64,000 nt of DNA from Myxococcales bacterium (lineage in GTDB: Bacteria > Desulfobacterota > Binatia > HRBIN30), in assembly GCA_037445065.1 (NCBI GenBank), contig JBBILD010000001.1, positions 1 through 64,000 of the forward strand, written 5' to 3'. A program made the position numbers and the translations under genes. This document shows positions 38,603-46,950 of the stretch, in pieces (positions within the stretch are counted from its first letter, which is position 1; every line of letters starts with the position of its first letter). Below the pieces are notes generated by a model. That model did no database searches, was not told the DNA's origin, and was given only the letters and a program-made list of their open reading frames with translations.

Positions 38603-39145
38603 ATGAACGTTCGGCGACTCGGAGCTTTCGTTTGCCCGCTGATCATCGCAGCAGTCATTCCCGTTCTCGTACGGCCTGGGCGAACGGAAACCGTCTATCA
38701 GTGGACCGACGAGCAAGGAACGCTTCATTTCTCCGATCAGCCCCCTGGCGGGCGCAAGGTGGAAGAGCGGCACCTACCACCTCCTGAGCCAGCTCAGAAG
38801 GGGGAGAGCGTTGAACCGTCGAGTGCCGGCGCTTTACCTGCTCCCGCCCCGCAGGATCCCGCAAGGGTGCTGATCGAGCGACAACAGGCCGAGCGCACCG
38901 GGCCGAGCGCGCTTCACGTTTCAGGGGTCGTTCGCAACGTGGGTGGCCGAGCCGCCACGCAATTACGGGTGCGTGTTTCCGCGCCGGATCCAGTCCAGGG
39001 AAACCCGTGCCTAGAGCAAGAAGTTCCCATCAATGTAGACCACTTGGAGGCGGGGGAGAGAAAAACCTTTGAGTTAGAACTCGATCATCCGTGCTTGCAC
39101 GGTGAGGCCACGGTTCAGCTGCAGGTGCGCTGGGACGAGCTATAA
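38603..39145 (+). CDS. DUF4124-domain exported protein with C-terminal Ig-like (FxLYD-type) domain
   Basis: Signal peptide; VYQWTDEQGTLHFSDQPP; GVVRNVG...LEAGERKTFEL. Confidence 0.75.
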   Translation: MNVRRLGAFVCPLIIAAVIPVLVRPGRTETVYQWTDEQGTLHFSDQPPGGRKVEERHLPPPEPAQKGESVEPSSAGALPAPAPQDPARVLIERQQAERTGPSALHVSGVVRNVGGRAATQLRVRVSAPDPVQGNPCLEQEVPINVDHLEAGERKTFELELDHPCLHGEATVQLQVRWDEL

Positions 39146-39202
39146 CCGCGTCAGGATGGGGCGCCAGAAGGATCGGCGCCGCGGGAGGCAGCGAAGCAGC
39201 CA

Positions 39203-40237
39203 ATGCCGCTCGAGTACCGAGCTGAGGGGGACCGCCTGGTTTGGGTTCGGAACCCATTTTCCGGAACCATCACCTACTTCACCGATGTACACTTGAAAAG
39301 GAACGGGTTCGTGAGCCGCGCCGAGCCTGGTTCGCGCGATGTGGCAGCGGCGGCAACCGAAGCGGCTGGACAGCTCGTGCAGCAGGTGCCGATTGGCCCA
39401 CAAGAGTGCCCTTTTTGCCCGGGCAACGAGTCCCAGTCGGCGGATGAAGTGTATCGGCTCACCGAGCATGATGTGTTCGGCTCGGGTAAGCGTGACGATT
39501 GGTTGATCCGTGCCGTACGCAATCTGGTGCCCCGAGTGCCCGAGTCTTGTACCGGAGGCAAAAACGAGTCGTATGTGGTGGTTGAGGACCCGCGTCACTT
39601 TCGCGTCCGATCGGAAAAGGGGTGTGAACTTCTCCATTCCGCTCACCTGGCGGAAGAGCAGTTCGCAGCGGTGCTAGAAGTGGATCGAGAAGTCGCGCGC
39701 CGGGCCTATCGAAACCCAGCCGTACGCCATGTGCTCATCCGCAAAAACCAAGGCCGGGAATCAGGGGCATCTCAGCCGCACATCCACAGCCAGGTCATTG
39801 GGAATGACCGTGTATTCCCGGCCGTGTGTTGGGAGAGGGAAGTGACGACGCGCGAGCCCACCATTTGGCACGAAATCATCGAGTTCGCGCGGCGCTGGGG
39901 GTTCGTGTTGCGCGAGGAGAGCGGAACCGTCTTGTATTTTTGCCCCTTTGGGACCTTTCCGCGAAGTTACGAGGTCGTCAGTATGGAGTCATGGCGGTCG
40001 CTGGTCGATGTGGATCCGGGGAATTGGAACAGGTTTGTGAGATTTCTACACCGAGGTCTAAAAGTTCTAGGCGAGCGGCCCCTCGATTACGAAATCCATG
40101 ATGGCCCCGGGATTCCGTTGCACGCCCACATTCATTCTCGGCACTATCCGTATGCAGAGATTGGAGGCACTTTGAATCTGCCGACGGCCCTTCTGTTGAC
40201 GGGTGAGATCTTGAATCCGCCGGAAGAGATCGCCTGA
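39203..40237 (+). CDS. GalT-like (HIT superfamily) nucleotidylyltransferase
   Basis: CPFCPGNE zinc motif; KNQG..SGASQPHIHSQ (HxHxQ); C-terminal HAHIH. Confidence 0.75.
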   Translation: MPLEYRAEGDRLVWVRNPFSGTITYFTDVHLKRNGFVSRAEPGSRDVAAAATEAAGQLVQQVPIGPQECPFCPGNESQSADEVYRLTEHDVFGSGKRDDWLIRAVRNLVPRVPESCTGGKNESYVVVEDPRHFRVRSEKGCELLHSAHLAEEQFAAVLEVDREVARRAYRNPAVRHVLIRKNQGRESGASQPHIHSQVIGNDRVFPAVCWEREVTTREPTIWHEIIEFARRWGFVLREESGTVLYFCPFGTFPRSYEVVSMESWRSLVDVDPGNWNRFVRFLHRGLKVLGERPLDYEIHDGPGIPLHAHIHSRHYPYAEIGGTLNLPTALLLTGEILNPPEEIA

Positions 40238-40250
40238 TGCCTGCCCTGCG

Positions 40251-40279
40251 TTGACAAGGAAAAGAAACTGGCGTAGAAG
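40251..40279 (+). promoter_or_regulatory. Sigma70-type promoter for the SCP2 gene
   Basis: TTGACA-N17-TAGAAG. Confidence 0.5.
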
Positions 40280-40381
40280 GCGCTCGGTGTTTTGGGAGGG
40301 TCGAATTACAGGCCAGTTTTCGCAGTAAGAAACCACCGGTGCCGAAGGGACACCGAGAGTACAGAAAGGAGGATGGTTCGT

Positions 40382-40717
40382 ATGTCGGTCGCAGAACAGG
40401 TCAAGCAGATTTTCGAGGCGATGCCGCAGAATCTGAATGCGGATGCCGCCAAGGGGATGAACGCCGTGATTCAGTTCAATTTGACTGGAGATGGCGGTGG
40501 TAATTACTACGTGACCATTAAAGACGGTACATGCACTGTTACGGAGGGCACTGCTCCGTCGCCGAACATGACGATGACGATGGCGGCGCAGGATTATGTG
40601 GACATGATTTCCGGTAAGCTGAACGGACAGATGGCGTTCATGAGTGGCAAACTCAAAATCGCAGGCGACATGGGCCTCGCGATGAAGATGCAGAGCTTGT
40701 TCAAGCGCCCTGCCTGA
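40382..40717 (+). CDS. SCP2 sterol/lipid-binding domain protein
   Basis: IQFNLTG, G.LNGQMAFMSGKLKIAGDMGLAMK; AAAGGAGG RBS. Confidence 0.93.
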   Translation: MSVAEQVKQIFEAMPQNLNADAAKGMNAVIQFNLTGDGGGNYYVTIKDGTCTVTEGTAPSPNMTMTMAAQDYVDMISGKLNGQMAFMSGKLKIAGDMGLAMKMQSLFKRPA

Positions 40718-40748
40718 CGGCTCTCCGCTTACAGAAAATCAGCGATCG

Positions 40749-40787
40749 AGAGGGCTGTACCACCTACAGTGGTGCAGCCCTCTTTTT
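40749..40787 (+). terminator. Rho-independent terminator after the SCP2 gene
   Basis: Stem AGAGGGCTGTACCAC/GTGGTGCAGCCCTCT (one G-U pair), 5-nt loop, then a T tract. Confidence 0.85.
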
Positions 40788-41076
40788 ATTTCAGGATTCG
40801 CTCGCACGAAAAGCGGTCTGGTGATGTGCGTTGGCAGGCCAGGGTGTCGGTGACGCCTGAGGCCAGTACTGCGCAAACGGTCGTCAATGCGGTGGACCGC
40901 CCTTCCAGCTCGTCCGCCGCTTCGACCGACCGGCAAGCGGTGCGGCCTTGGTAGGTCAAGCAGATTTCGCAGCGCACCTGTTGGAGAGTGAAACTGCGAT
41001 AGATGACAGCCGCCGCGAACGCGAGTGCCACCAAACCTGCAATCCAGGAAATGCGCTTCTCTGCCGCGGACTTCAT
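40786..41076 (-). CDS. Small membrane-anchored Cys-rich hypothetical protein
   Basis: N-terminal TM helix; six Cys in a 60-aa exported domain. Confidence 0.7.
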   Translation of the reverse strand: MKSAAEKRISWIAGLVALAFAAAVIYRSFTLQQVRCEICLTYQGRTACRSVEAADELEGRSTALTTVCAVLASGVTDTLACQRTSPDRFSCERILK

Positions 41077-41124
41077 TGGTGCCGGCTAGCGCGGTGCAAA
41101 ACGGGGCTAGCAGAACGGGGGCTG

Positions 41125-41580
41125 TTACTCGTCGATCACGGCGTCTTCTTCGACGGTAATATCGAGCTCGTCCGAAGCTGAAGCCTGCCCAGACGTAACT
41201 GTGACAGAGGCAACGTAGTCGCCTGCCTTGGTGTAAGTGTGCTGGGGAGCAGGGTCCTGGGAAGTGTTACCGTCTCCAAAATCCCAGTGGTAACGAAGCT
41301 CGCTTTTGCCCGTACATTCAACTTCTGCCGAGAAGGAAACCGTAAGGGGCGGTGGGCCGTAGTCGGGATCCGCATCCATGATCACAACGCAGTCTTCTTC
41401 TTCCGGGATCACCGCTGGACTTTGAGAAGACCCGCTAGCCTCTGGAGGCGCCGGTTTTCCAGGCTCTAGACCGGCTTGCGTTGCACTTGGTTGCGGCCCA
41501 TCTCTCTGACATCCGCCGCTGCATCCAGAGTACAACAGGCACACAAAAACAGCCGCTAGCACAGCCGTTAGGGGTCTCAT
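41125..41580 (-). CDS. PKD-domain lipoprotein
   Basis: Lipobox YSGC; YHWDFGDG...HTY..AGDY PKD signature; AGGAGG RBS. Confidence 0.88.
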   Translation of the reverse strand: MRPLTAVLAAVFVCLLYSGCSGGCQRDGPQPSATQAGLEPGKPAPPEASGSSQSPAVIPEEEDCVVIMDADPDYGPPPLTVSFSAEVECTGKSELRYHWDFGDGNTSQDPAPQHTYTKAGDYVASVTVTSGQASASDELDITVEEDAVIDE

Positions 41581-41637
41581 AAAACCAACCTCCTGCGCCT
41601 CACGCGGCGCTCGTTCGTAGCTGGGCGGGTCACGGCT

Positions 41638-42528
41638 TCATTCAGGTCGGGTGGGCAGCGGTTTTGGGCCAGCAGGCGTGGGCGGAACCGCTGTGGGTTG
41701 TGAAAGCGGTGTATCCTTTGGCCGGCGGATGCGGAGCTGTTTGGGGGGACCGGGGTTTCCTTGAACATCGCGCACCCGTACCGTGAGGATCGTGTCTCCG
41801 ACAGGAAAAGCCCAGGCCCGCGCAACGACCATGCAGAACTGTTGCGTTGTGTCCGGACTGACGAAGGAAAAGTCCCCGTTTTGGTTCACGGTACATGCAG
41901 ACTCGTTGTCGTTGTGCATTTCGAAGCGGCACGAGAAGTCGTTGATCGCGGCAGTGATCTCTTCCGTCTCTGCAAAGCTTTTTGCTGCCGGGATCCCGCC
42001 GATGTTTGGACGAAGGCGGTCACAGACTGCGGCACTGCCGTCGCCGAGAGGGCGGTTACTGATGATCTCCAAGTCGGGGCGCACAGTGGGATCGCCAGGG
42101 GAGTGAGCGTAGACTCGGCGCGCGACTTCGTGACCGCTCAATCCCGGCTTTGCTTCCACAACCAAAATAAAGCCGGCTCCGGCCTGAGTCAGGTACGTGG
42201 GGATTCCCTTTTCTACGGAGGCGGGTTGTACGGGCAATCCATCCGCCCGAGCCGCACCGAAGTGCGTGATCACCGGGCCAATCGGCTGGCCTTTGCGAGC
42301 CTTGACCTGGTCTTTCCCAACCGGACGAGTCGAAAGGGGAGTCGGTGGCGCTTGTCCCTCAGGGGGCGGCGTCGCGGGGGGCACAGTTGGAATGGGGGTT
42401 TCCCAAACTGGCGAAGGAAGGGCTGAAGGCGCGCTCGCTTCCTGCCGTAACGTCGAACATGCTGCGAGGCCAAACAACAGGGCCCACCCAGTAAGGCGGC
42501 ATGCTACCTTCACCGACCACAACGCCAT
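41638..42528 (-). CDS. Hypothetical lipoprotein with Cys-containing beta domain and Pro-rich linkers
   Basis: Lipobox LAAC; GAGGAG RBS; four Cys; FP.GDT.LTVRVRD..GNPGP end motif. Confidence 0.75.
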   Translation of the reverse strand: MALWSVKVACRLTGWALLFGLAACSTLRQEASAPSALPSPVWETPIPTVPPATPPPEGQAPPTPLSTRPVGKDQVKARKGQPIGPVITHFGAARADGLPVQPASVEKGIPTYLTQAGAGFILVVEAKPGLSGHEVARRVYAHSPGDPTVRPDLEIISNRPLGDGSAAVCDRLRPNIGGIPAAKSFAETEEITAAINDFSCRFEMHNDNESACTVNQNGDFSFVSPDTTQQFCMVVARAWAFPVGDTILTVRVRDVQGNPGPPKQLRIRRPKDTPLSQPTAVPPTPAGPKPLPTRPE

Positions 42529-42612
42529 GTTCCACTCCTCGCGAGCCAAAGTGGCGCAGCTTGTAACGGCAGGTAGAAAGCCAGTCAAGAAAAACGGAAG
42601 GGGTTCCCCGTG

Positions 42613-43410
42613 TTAGCGAGAGCGCGTGACGCCTTTCCTGGGGCATATGTCTTGGAGGGGGCACTTGCTGCAAAGCGGGGAAAGGGGACGGCAAATCGTT
42701 TGGCCGAACGCCACGAGGAGATCGTTGTACTCAAGCCAGTAATCCCGAGGTAACAACTCGCGAAGTGCGCGTTCGGTTTGTTCGGGAGTTTTTGTAGTCA
42801 CCAGACCCCAGCGATTGGAAATGCGGTGAACGTGTGTGTCGACGCAGATGCCGGGAAGCCCGAATCCCTTAGTGACGACTAGGTTGGCGGTTTTCCGGCC
42901 CACGCCCTTCAGTTTCAGAAGCTCGTCAAGCTCAGACGGAACGTTCCCGCCGTAGCGTTCCTCCAAAGTCTTGCAGATGTCGTGAATGACGCGGGCTTTT
43001 GTTCGATAAAAGCCGACCGGATAAATCGTTTTGGCAATGGCTTGCACAGAAACGCGTGCGAGCTCGGCAGGGGACTTGGCGAGCGAGAACAGACGCCGAG
43101 CGGCCTCGGCGGTTACTTGATCTTGGGTGCGCAGACTCAGAAGGCACCCGATGAGCACGTGAAACGGGCTTTGGTTTTGAGCGGCCATTAAGGTGACCAC
43201 GGGTGCTTGCCACGATCGGGCCGCGGCGCGCAGCCGACGGATGGCCTCGTGGATCGGGAACTTCGAGTCGCTGGTAAGCGCGAGTGGAGCGTCGGTATGG
43301 GCCTCTCGGTGCCGGGGGGAGCGTACCGTATGCTTAGGATTTGCGCGGTTTCCTGACGCCGACTGGCCCTTTGTGCGAGGCGCCGGAGGGGTTTGTCTCG
43401 CCTTGCTCAT
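42613..43410 (-). CDS. nth: Endonuclease III
   Basis: LLSLRTQD, Hh[18 protein letters not shown], and C-x6-C-x2-C-x5-C 4Fe-4S motif. Start codon uncertain. Confidence 0.93.
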   Translation of the reverse strand: MSKARQTPPAPRTKGQSASGNRANPKHTVRSPRHREAHTDAPLALTSDSKFPIHEAIRRLRAAARSWQAPVVTLMAAQNQSPFHVLIGCLLSLRTQDQVTAEAARRLFSLAKSPAELARVSVQAIAKTIYPVGFYRTKARVIHDICKTLEERYGGNVPSELDELLKLKGVGRKTANLVVTKGFGLPGICVDTHVHRISNRWGLVTTKTPEQTERALRELLPRDYWLEYNDLLVAFGQTICRPLSPLCSKCPLQDICPRKGVTRSR

Positions 43411-43523
43411 GCGGATCGCGTAGCGCACCGCTTCCCGAAAAAACAATCTCATGCATGCCCTAGCAATCTCTGACAGGCGGAGATTGTCTGGTCCGCAGTG
43501 CGGCTGATATTCATTGACTCTAA

Positions 43524-44498
43524 ATGCTCCGGTTGGGTTTGATCGGCGTTGGTCGCCACGGTGAGCGTTATGCGCGGCATCTCGTTCAGGAGGATCTGGG
43601 TGCTTGCCTCGTGGCGATCGCGCGGCGCAGCGAAGATCTGGTCCGCCAGCAAGCGGCCGAGCTCGGTTGTCGCGGGTACGCGGATTACCGAGAGCTCCTG
43701 GCGGCCCCGGACGTGGACGCGGTGATTGTGGTCGTGCCCCCGACGGCTCACCTGGACATTGTGCGCGCTGCCGCAGCCGAAGGCAAACCAGTTTTGTTGG
43801 AAAAGCCAGCGGCACCCAATCTGAACTTGGGTCTGGAAATCTTGAACTGTGTGCGGGCCAAGGGCTTGCCTGTGATGGTGGCGCAGACCTTGCGATTTAA
43901 CGGAGTGATCCAGGCTCTGCGGGCCGCGCGGGAAGGGATTGGGCGCATCCACGGGCTACGCATCGGGCAGCGCTTCGAGCCCTCGCGTCCAGGGTGGATC
44001 GATGATCCCTCCGTCTCGGGAGGCGGGATGATTCTACACACTGGGGTGCATTGCTTTGACTTGGTACGGTGGTTGACCGATTTGGAGGTTCGCGCCGTAA
44101 CTTGCATGATCAGCCGAGTTCGCGCTGCGAGAACAGAAGACAACTTCGCATGCGCGCTGAAATTGAGTGACGGGGTGTGCCTCGCTTCCGTCGCTGGTTC
44201 CCGTGCTACGGGCAGTCGCTCCGGTGGTGTCGAAATCGCCGGCGAGAGGGGCCAGTTGATCGGGGATCACGTGTTGAACCGTGCCTCCCGGGTGTGTGGG
44301 CATTCGGTGGAGGAAATTGCTGTTCCGCCGCCCGTCGCCACCGTGAGGGAGGCGGTTCGCGCGTTTGTTGAGGCTCTGCAACGTGCTCGTGACTTGCCCA
44401 TCCCGCTCGAGGAAGGACTGAAGGCCGTGGCCATTGTGGATGCTTGCTACCGTTCGGCGGCGACGGGACAAGAAGAGCAGGTGCTCCCAGTGCGATGA
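43524..44498 (+). CDS. Gfo/Idh/MocA family NAD(P)-dependent oxidoreductase
   Basis: [28 protein letters not shown]. Confidence 0.9.
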   Translation: MLRLGLIGVGRHGERYARHLVQEDLGACLVAIARRSEDLVRQQAAELGCRGYADYRELLAAPDVDAVIVVVPPTAHLDIVRAAAAEGKPVLLEKPAAPNLNLGLEILNCVRAKGLPVMVAQTLRFNGVIQALRAAREGIGRIHGLRIGQRFEPSRPGWIDDPSVSGGGMILHTGVHCFDLVRWLTDLEVRAVTCMISRVRAARTEDNFACALKLSDGVCLASVAGSRATGSRSGGVEIAGERGQLIGDHVLNRASRVCGHSVEEIAVPPPVATVREAVRAFVEALQRARDLPIPLEEGLKAVAIVDACYRSAATGQEEQVLPVR

Positions 44499-44568
44499 GG
44501 TGTTCCCCCGATCGAAGTGGGGGTCTTTTCAGGAAGATCTTTAGGAACGCATGAAGGGAGAGTCTCAG

Positions 44569-44880
44569 ATGGCAGGGAAACTCTCGGAGCAAGAAATCCA
44601 GTCGCGGCTAGCCAAAATCGAAGGGTGGCGTTTGCGCCGAGGCAAACTCTGTCGTGAGTTTCGATTCGAAAGCTTCGCCGATGCGTTTGCGTTCATGGTC
44701 AAGATGGCGGTCTTCTCGGAGAAGCGGAATCACCATCCGGAGTGGTTCAACGTGTACAATAAAGTGACCGTCGAACTTTGCACCCACGATGCCGGTGGTA
44801 TTACACAGCGGGACCTCGATTGGGCGGTGGCGGCAAACGCCGCGTATCAACCGTTCCAGCCGCCGGCGGAGAAATCCTGA
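44569..44880 (+). CDS. phhB: Pterin-4a-carbinolamine dehydratase
   Basis: [25 protein letters not shown]. Confidence 0.93.
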   Translation: MAGKLSEQEIQSRLAKIEGWRLRRGKLCREFRFESFADAFAFMVKMAVFSEKRNHHPEWFNVYNKVTVELCTHDAGGITQRDLDWAVAANAAYQPFQPPAEKS

Positions 44881-44970
44881 ACGCTTGCGCCCGGGCGCTG
44901 AGAGACCTAGCGAAACCCAAGCCGACCCTCGGCCGCAGCGGTCATGCCGGCTCGACGTGCCACCAGGGGA

Positions 44971-45043
44971 TGGGCAGGGAGTGAATCGAACACTCGACAC
45001 GGGGATTTTCAGTCCCCTGCTCTACCGACTGAGCTACCTGCCC
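44971..45043 (-). tRNA. tRNA-Phe (GAA), CCA not encoded
   Basis: Reverse complement GGGCAGGTAGCTCAGTCGGTAGAGCAGGGGACTGAAAATCCCCGTGTCGAGTGTTCGATTCACTCCCTGCCCA folds as a cloverleaf; anticodon GAA. Confidence 0.96.
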
Positions 45044-45231
45044 ACGGTTCGGTGCCGCAGGTGGTCGCGTTCGGTACCAAAACCGAGGCAGGAACCGCAA
45101 GGGCTTGGTGAAAAGGAAAATTACGGTAGAACTGTGAACCGGACCAGGGGCGGTGATTTCGGCCGTCGGGAAACGCCTCGCCTAGCGCTTCGCCTGAGTT
45201 ACGGGGTGCTGCCAAGGCGTCACGCGCTTCG

Positions 45232-45260
45232 TTGACTTGGCGCTGAGCCTTGGCTAGGCG
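45232..45260 (+). promoter_or_regulatory. Putative sigma70 promoter for the zinc-finger gene pair
   Basis: TTGACT-N17-TAGGCG (weak -10); predicted start near 45266 coincides with the start of a stem-loop. Confidence 0.4.
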
Positions 45261-45265
45261 CTCCA

Positions 45266-45319
45266 CCACGCTGAGAGGACGTACAACGGTGAAATCGGCA
45301 GAGACGTCCTGCTTCGTGG
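45266..45319 (+). ncRNA. Candidate structured 5' leader or small RNA (unassigned)
   Basis: Nested stems CCACG/CGTGG and AGGACGT/ACGTCCT with purine-rich internal loops and an apical CGG-TGAAA-TCG hairpin. Confidence 0.3.
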
Positions 45320-45373
45320 GTTTGCAGGAACGCCTTTCAGCCACAAAAGACCGGTGGTACGGGGTAGGTGTCC

Positions 45374-45544
45374 ATGGCAGAAAAGAAAGCAAAGACTGCG
45401 GAAAAGGGCGGTGGCCAGCAACAGAAAAGGCTGTGCCCGCGGTGTGGGGCAGACGCGCGCGTGGTCAAGTTCGTCGGCTTCGGACCTAGAGGAATGTTTT
45501 GGGTTTGTGACAAAAACTGTGGCTATCAGGAACGCACGCGCTAG
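45374..45544 (+). CDS. 56-aa basic zinc-ribbon protein (absent from the ORF track)
   Basis: MAEKKAKTAEKGGGQQQKRLCPRCGADARVVKFVGFGPRGMFWVCDKNCGYQERTR*; AGGTG RBS; CxxC and CxxxC pairs. Confidence 0.8.
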   Translation: MAEKKAKTAEKGGGQQQKRLCPRCGADARVVKFVGFGPRGMFWVCDKNCGYQERTR

Positions 45545-45571
45545 GGTGAAAGGATAAGGAGGGGCGCAGAG

Positions 45572-45949
45572 ATGGCAGGTTCATCGAAGCGCAAGAAGAC
45601 GAGTGGTTCGACTCGGTCGTCGAAGAGCAAGAAGACGAAGCGTCCTGTTCGGCTTTTGGATGAAGAAGTGAACGAGGAGGGCGAAGCGGGGCTACCACGT
45701 GACGAAGCAGGTCGGCGCAAGATCAAAAAGCAGTACGAAGAGCTGCTGGGGATCCGTATCGAAAAACTCAAGGGACGAATCCTCAATCGGGAGAGAATTA
45801 ATAAGACCCAAGAGGGAATTTATTTCATTTGCTTCGAGTGCAAGAAGATTTGTCACAACTTGGATGAGGGCTTAGTTGAGGACCCGAACAACCAGCGCAA
45901 TCTTTGCGCGGCGTGTGCCAAGGCCAAAGGCAGGCAGGTGGCCGCTTGA
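45572..45949 (+). CDS. Small basic C4 zinc-finger protein, divergent DksA/TraR-like
   Basis: AAGGAGG RBS; Lys/Ser-rich N-terminus, helical middle, EGIYFICFEC...LCAAC. Confidence 0.7.
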   Translation: MAGSSKRKKTSGSTRSSKSKKTKRPVRLLDEEVNEEGEAGLPRDEAGRRKIKKQYEELLGIRIEKLKGRILNRERINKTQEGIYFICFECKKICHNLDEGLVEDPNNQRNLCAACAKAKGRQVAA

Positions 45950-45978
45950 GGGCCGCACAACTGGGGGGCTTCAGGAAC

Positions 45979-46923
45979 TTAACCATTTAGTCCGCTGCGT
46001 AGGCGGGCCAACCATGTTTCGAACTCCGGAGGCATCGGGGCCGAGATGGTTAGGGGCAGGCGGTTGGCCGGATGTCGGACAACAACTTCGGCCGCGTGGA
46101 GGAAGTGCCGGCCGAGACCATGGAGATCTTGGTAGTAGAGAGAGTCGCCCACCACGGGATGCCCGAGGTGCGCAAGGTGGGCCCGAATTTGGTGCATGAC
46201 TCCGGTTTCAATTTCGACCCGCAGCAGTGTGTACTCCCTGAAGTTTTCGATGGGCCAGTAGTGGGTAACCGCTTCCCGTCCGCTTTCCCTACCGCGGGAG
46301 GGGCGTACTTTGCGGCGGTCAAGGGGATCGTGCTCGAGCCCGAGCCTCACGGTTGCGGGCTTGAGGACTGTTCCGTGGACCAGCGCCCAATAACCCTTCC
46401 GGACCCGTCGGTTGCGAAACTCCGAGCAGAGGAACTGGTATGAAGGGAGATCCCTTGCTGCCACCAAGACACCCGAGGTTTCCCGGTCGAGGCGATGAAC
46501 GAGACCAGCCTCCAAGTTGCCAGCCGGTAGCGCCTGCATCTCTGGGTATCGCGCGAGAAGAAAGTTTGCGACGGAGCGCCTCTCTGCCGGGTGTAAAGCA
46601 TGGCTTGGCAGCCCACTCGGTTTGCTAACGGCAACAAAGTGGGGGTCCTCGTAGAGCACGATGACGGGCAAATCTGGGTTGGGTTGCAACCTCGTGACAG
46701 CAACAAGTTCGGCCAGGACTTGAACGCTTTGTCCGCTTCGGAGTCGCGATCCCTTGTGAGCAAGGTGCCCGTCAATGCGCACGGCCCCTTCTTCGATGAG
46801 GCGGACCACGCGACGCCGCGATAGGTGTGGCAGGCGGGCGGAGAGGAAGGCGTCGAGGCGCTTGCCTTCGTCTCTGTTGGTAGAAACAAGAACTTGGTAC
46901 TGTCCAAGGCGCGGATCGTTCAT
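45979..46923 (-). CDS. RluA/RluD family 23S rRNA pseudouridine synthase with S4 domain
   Basis: RLD.FL S4 domain; KPSG; VHRLDRETSG; TG..HQIR.H; GD..Y; LHA. Confidence 0.93.
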   Translation of the reverse strand: MNDPRLGQYQVLVSTNRDEGKRLDAFLSARLPHLSRRRVVRLIEEGAVRIDGHLAHKGSRLRSGQSVQVLAELVAVTRLQPNPDLPVIVLYEDPHFVAVSKPSGLPSHALHPAERRSVANFLLARYPEMQALPAGNLEAGLVHRLDRETSGVLVAARDLPSYQFLCSEFRNRRVRKGYWALVHGTVLKPATVRLGLEHDPLDRRKVRPSRGRESGREAVTHYWPIENFREYTLLRVEIETGVMHQIRAHLAHLGHPVVGDSLYYQDLHGLGRHFLHAAEVVVRHPANRLPLTISAPMPPEFETWLARLRSGLNG

Positions 46924-46950
46924 CGTTCACATTGGGAATCGCTGGTGATC

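Noticed and set aside
45266..45320. Hammerhead ribozyme or TPP riboswitch, suggested by CTGAGA and GAAA
   Set aside because: Core spacing and stem topology do not match either consensus; kept only as an unassigned structured leader.
45009..45557. Track ORFs 45009-45392 (-), 45250-45489 (+) and 45354-45557 (+)
   Set aside because: They overlap the tRNA or the better-supported 56-aa zinc-ribbon ORF and show no motifs.
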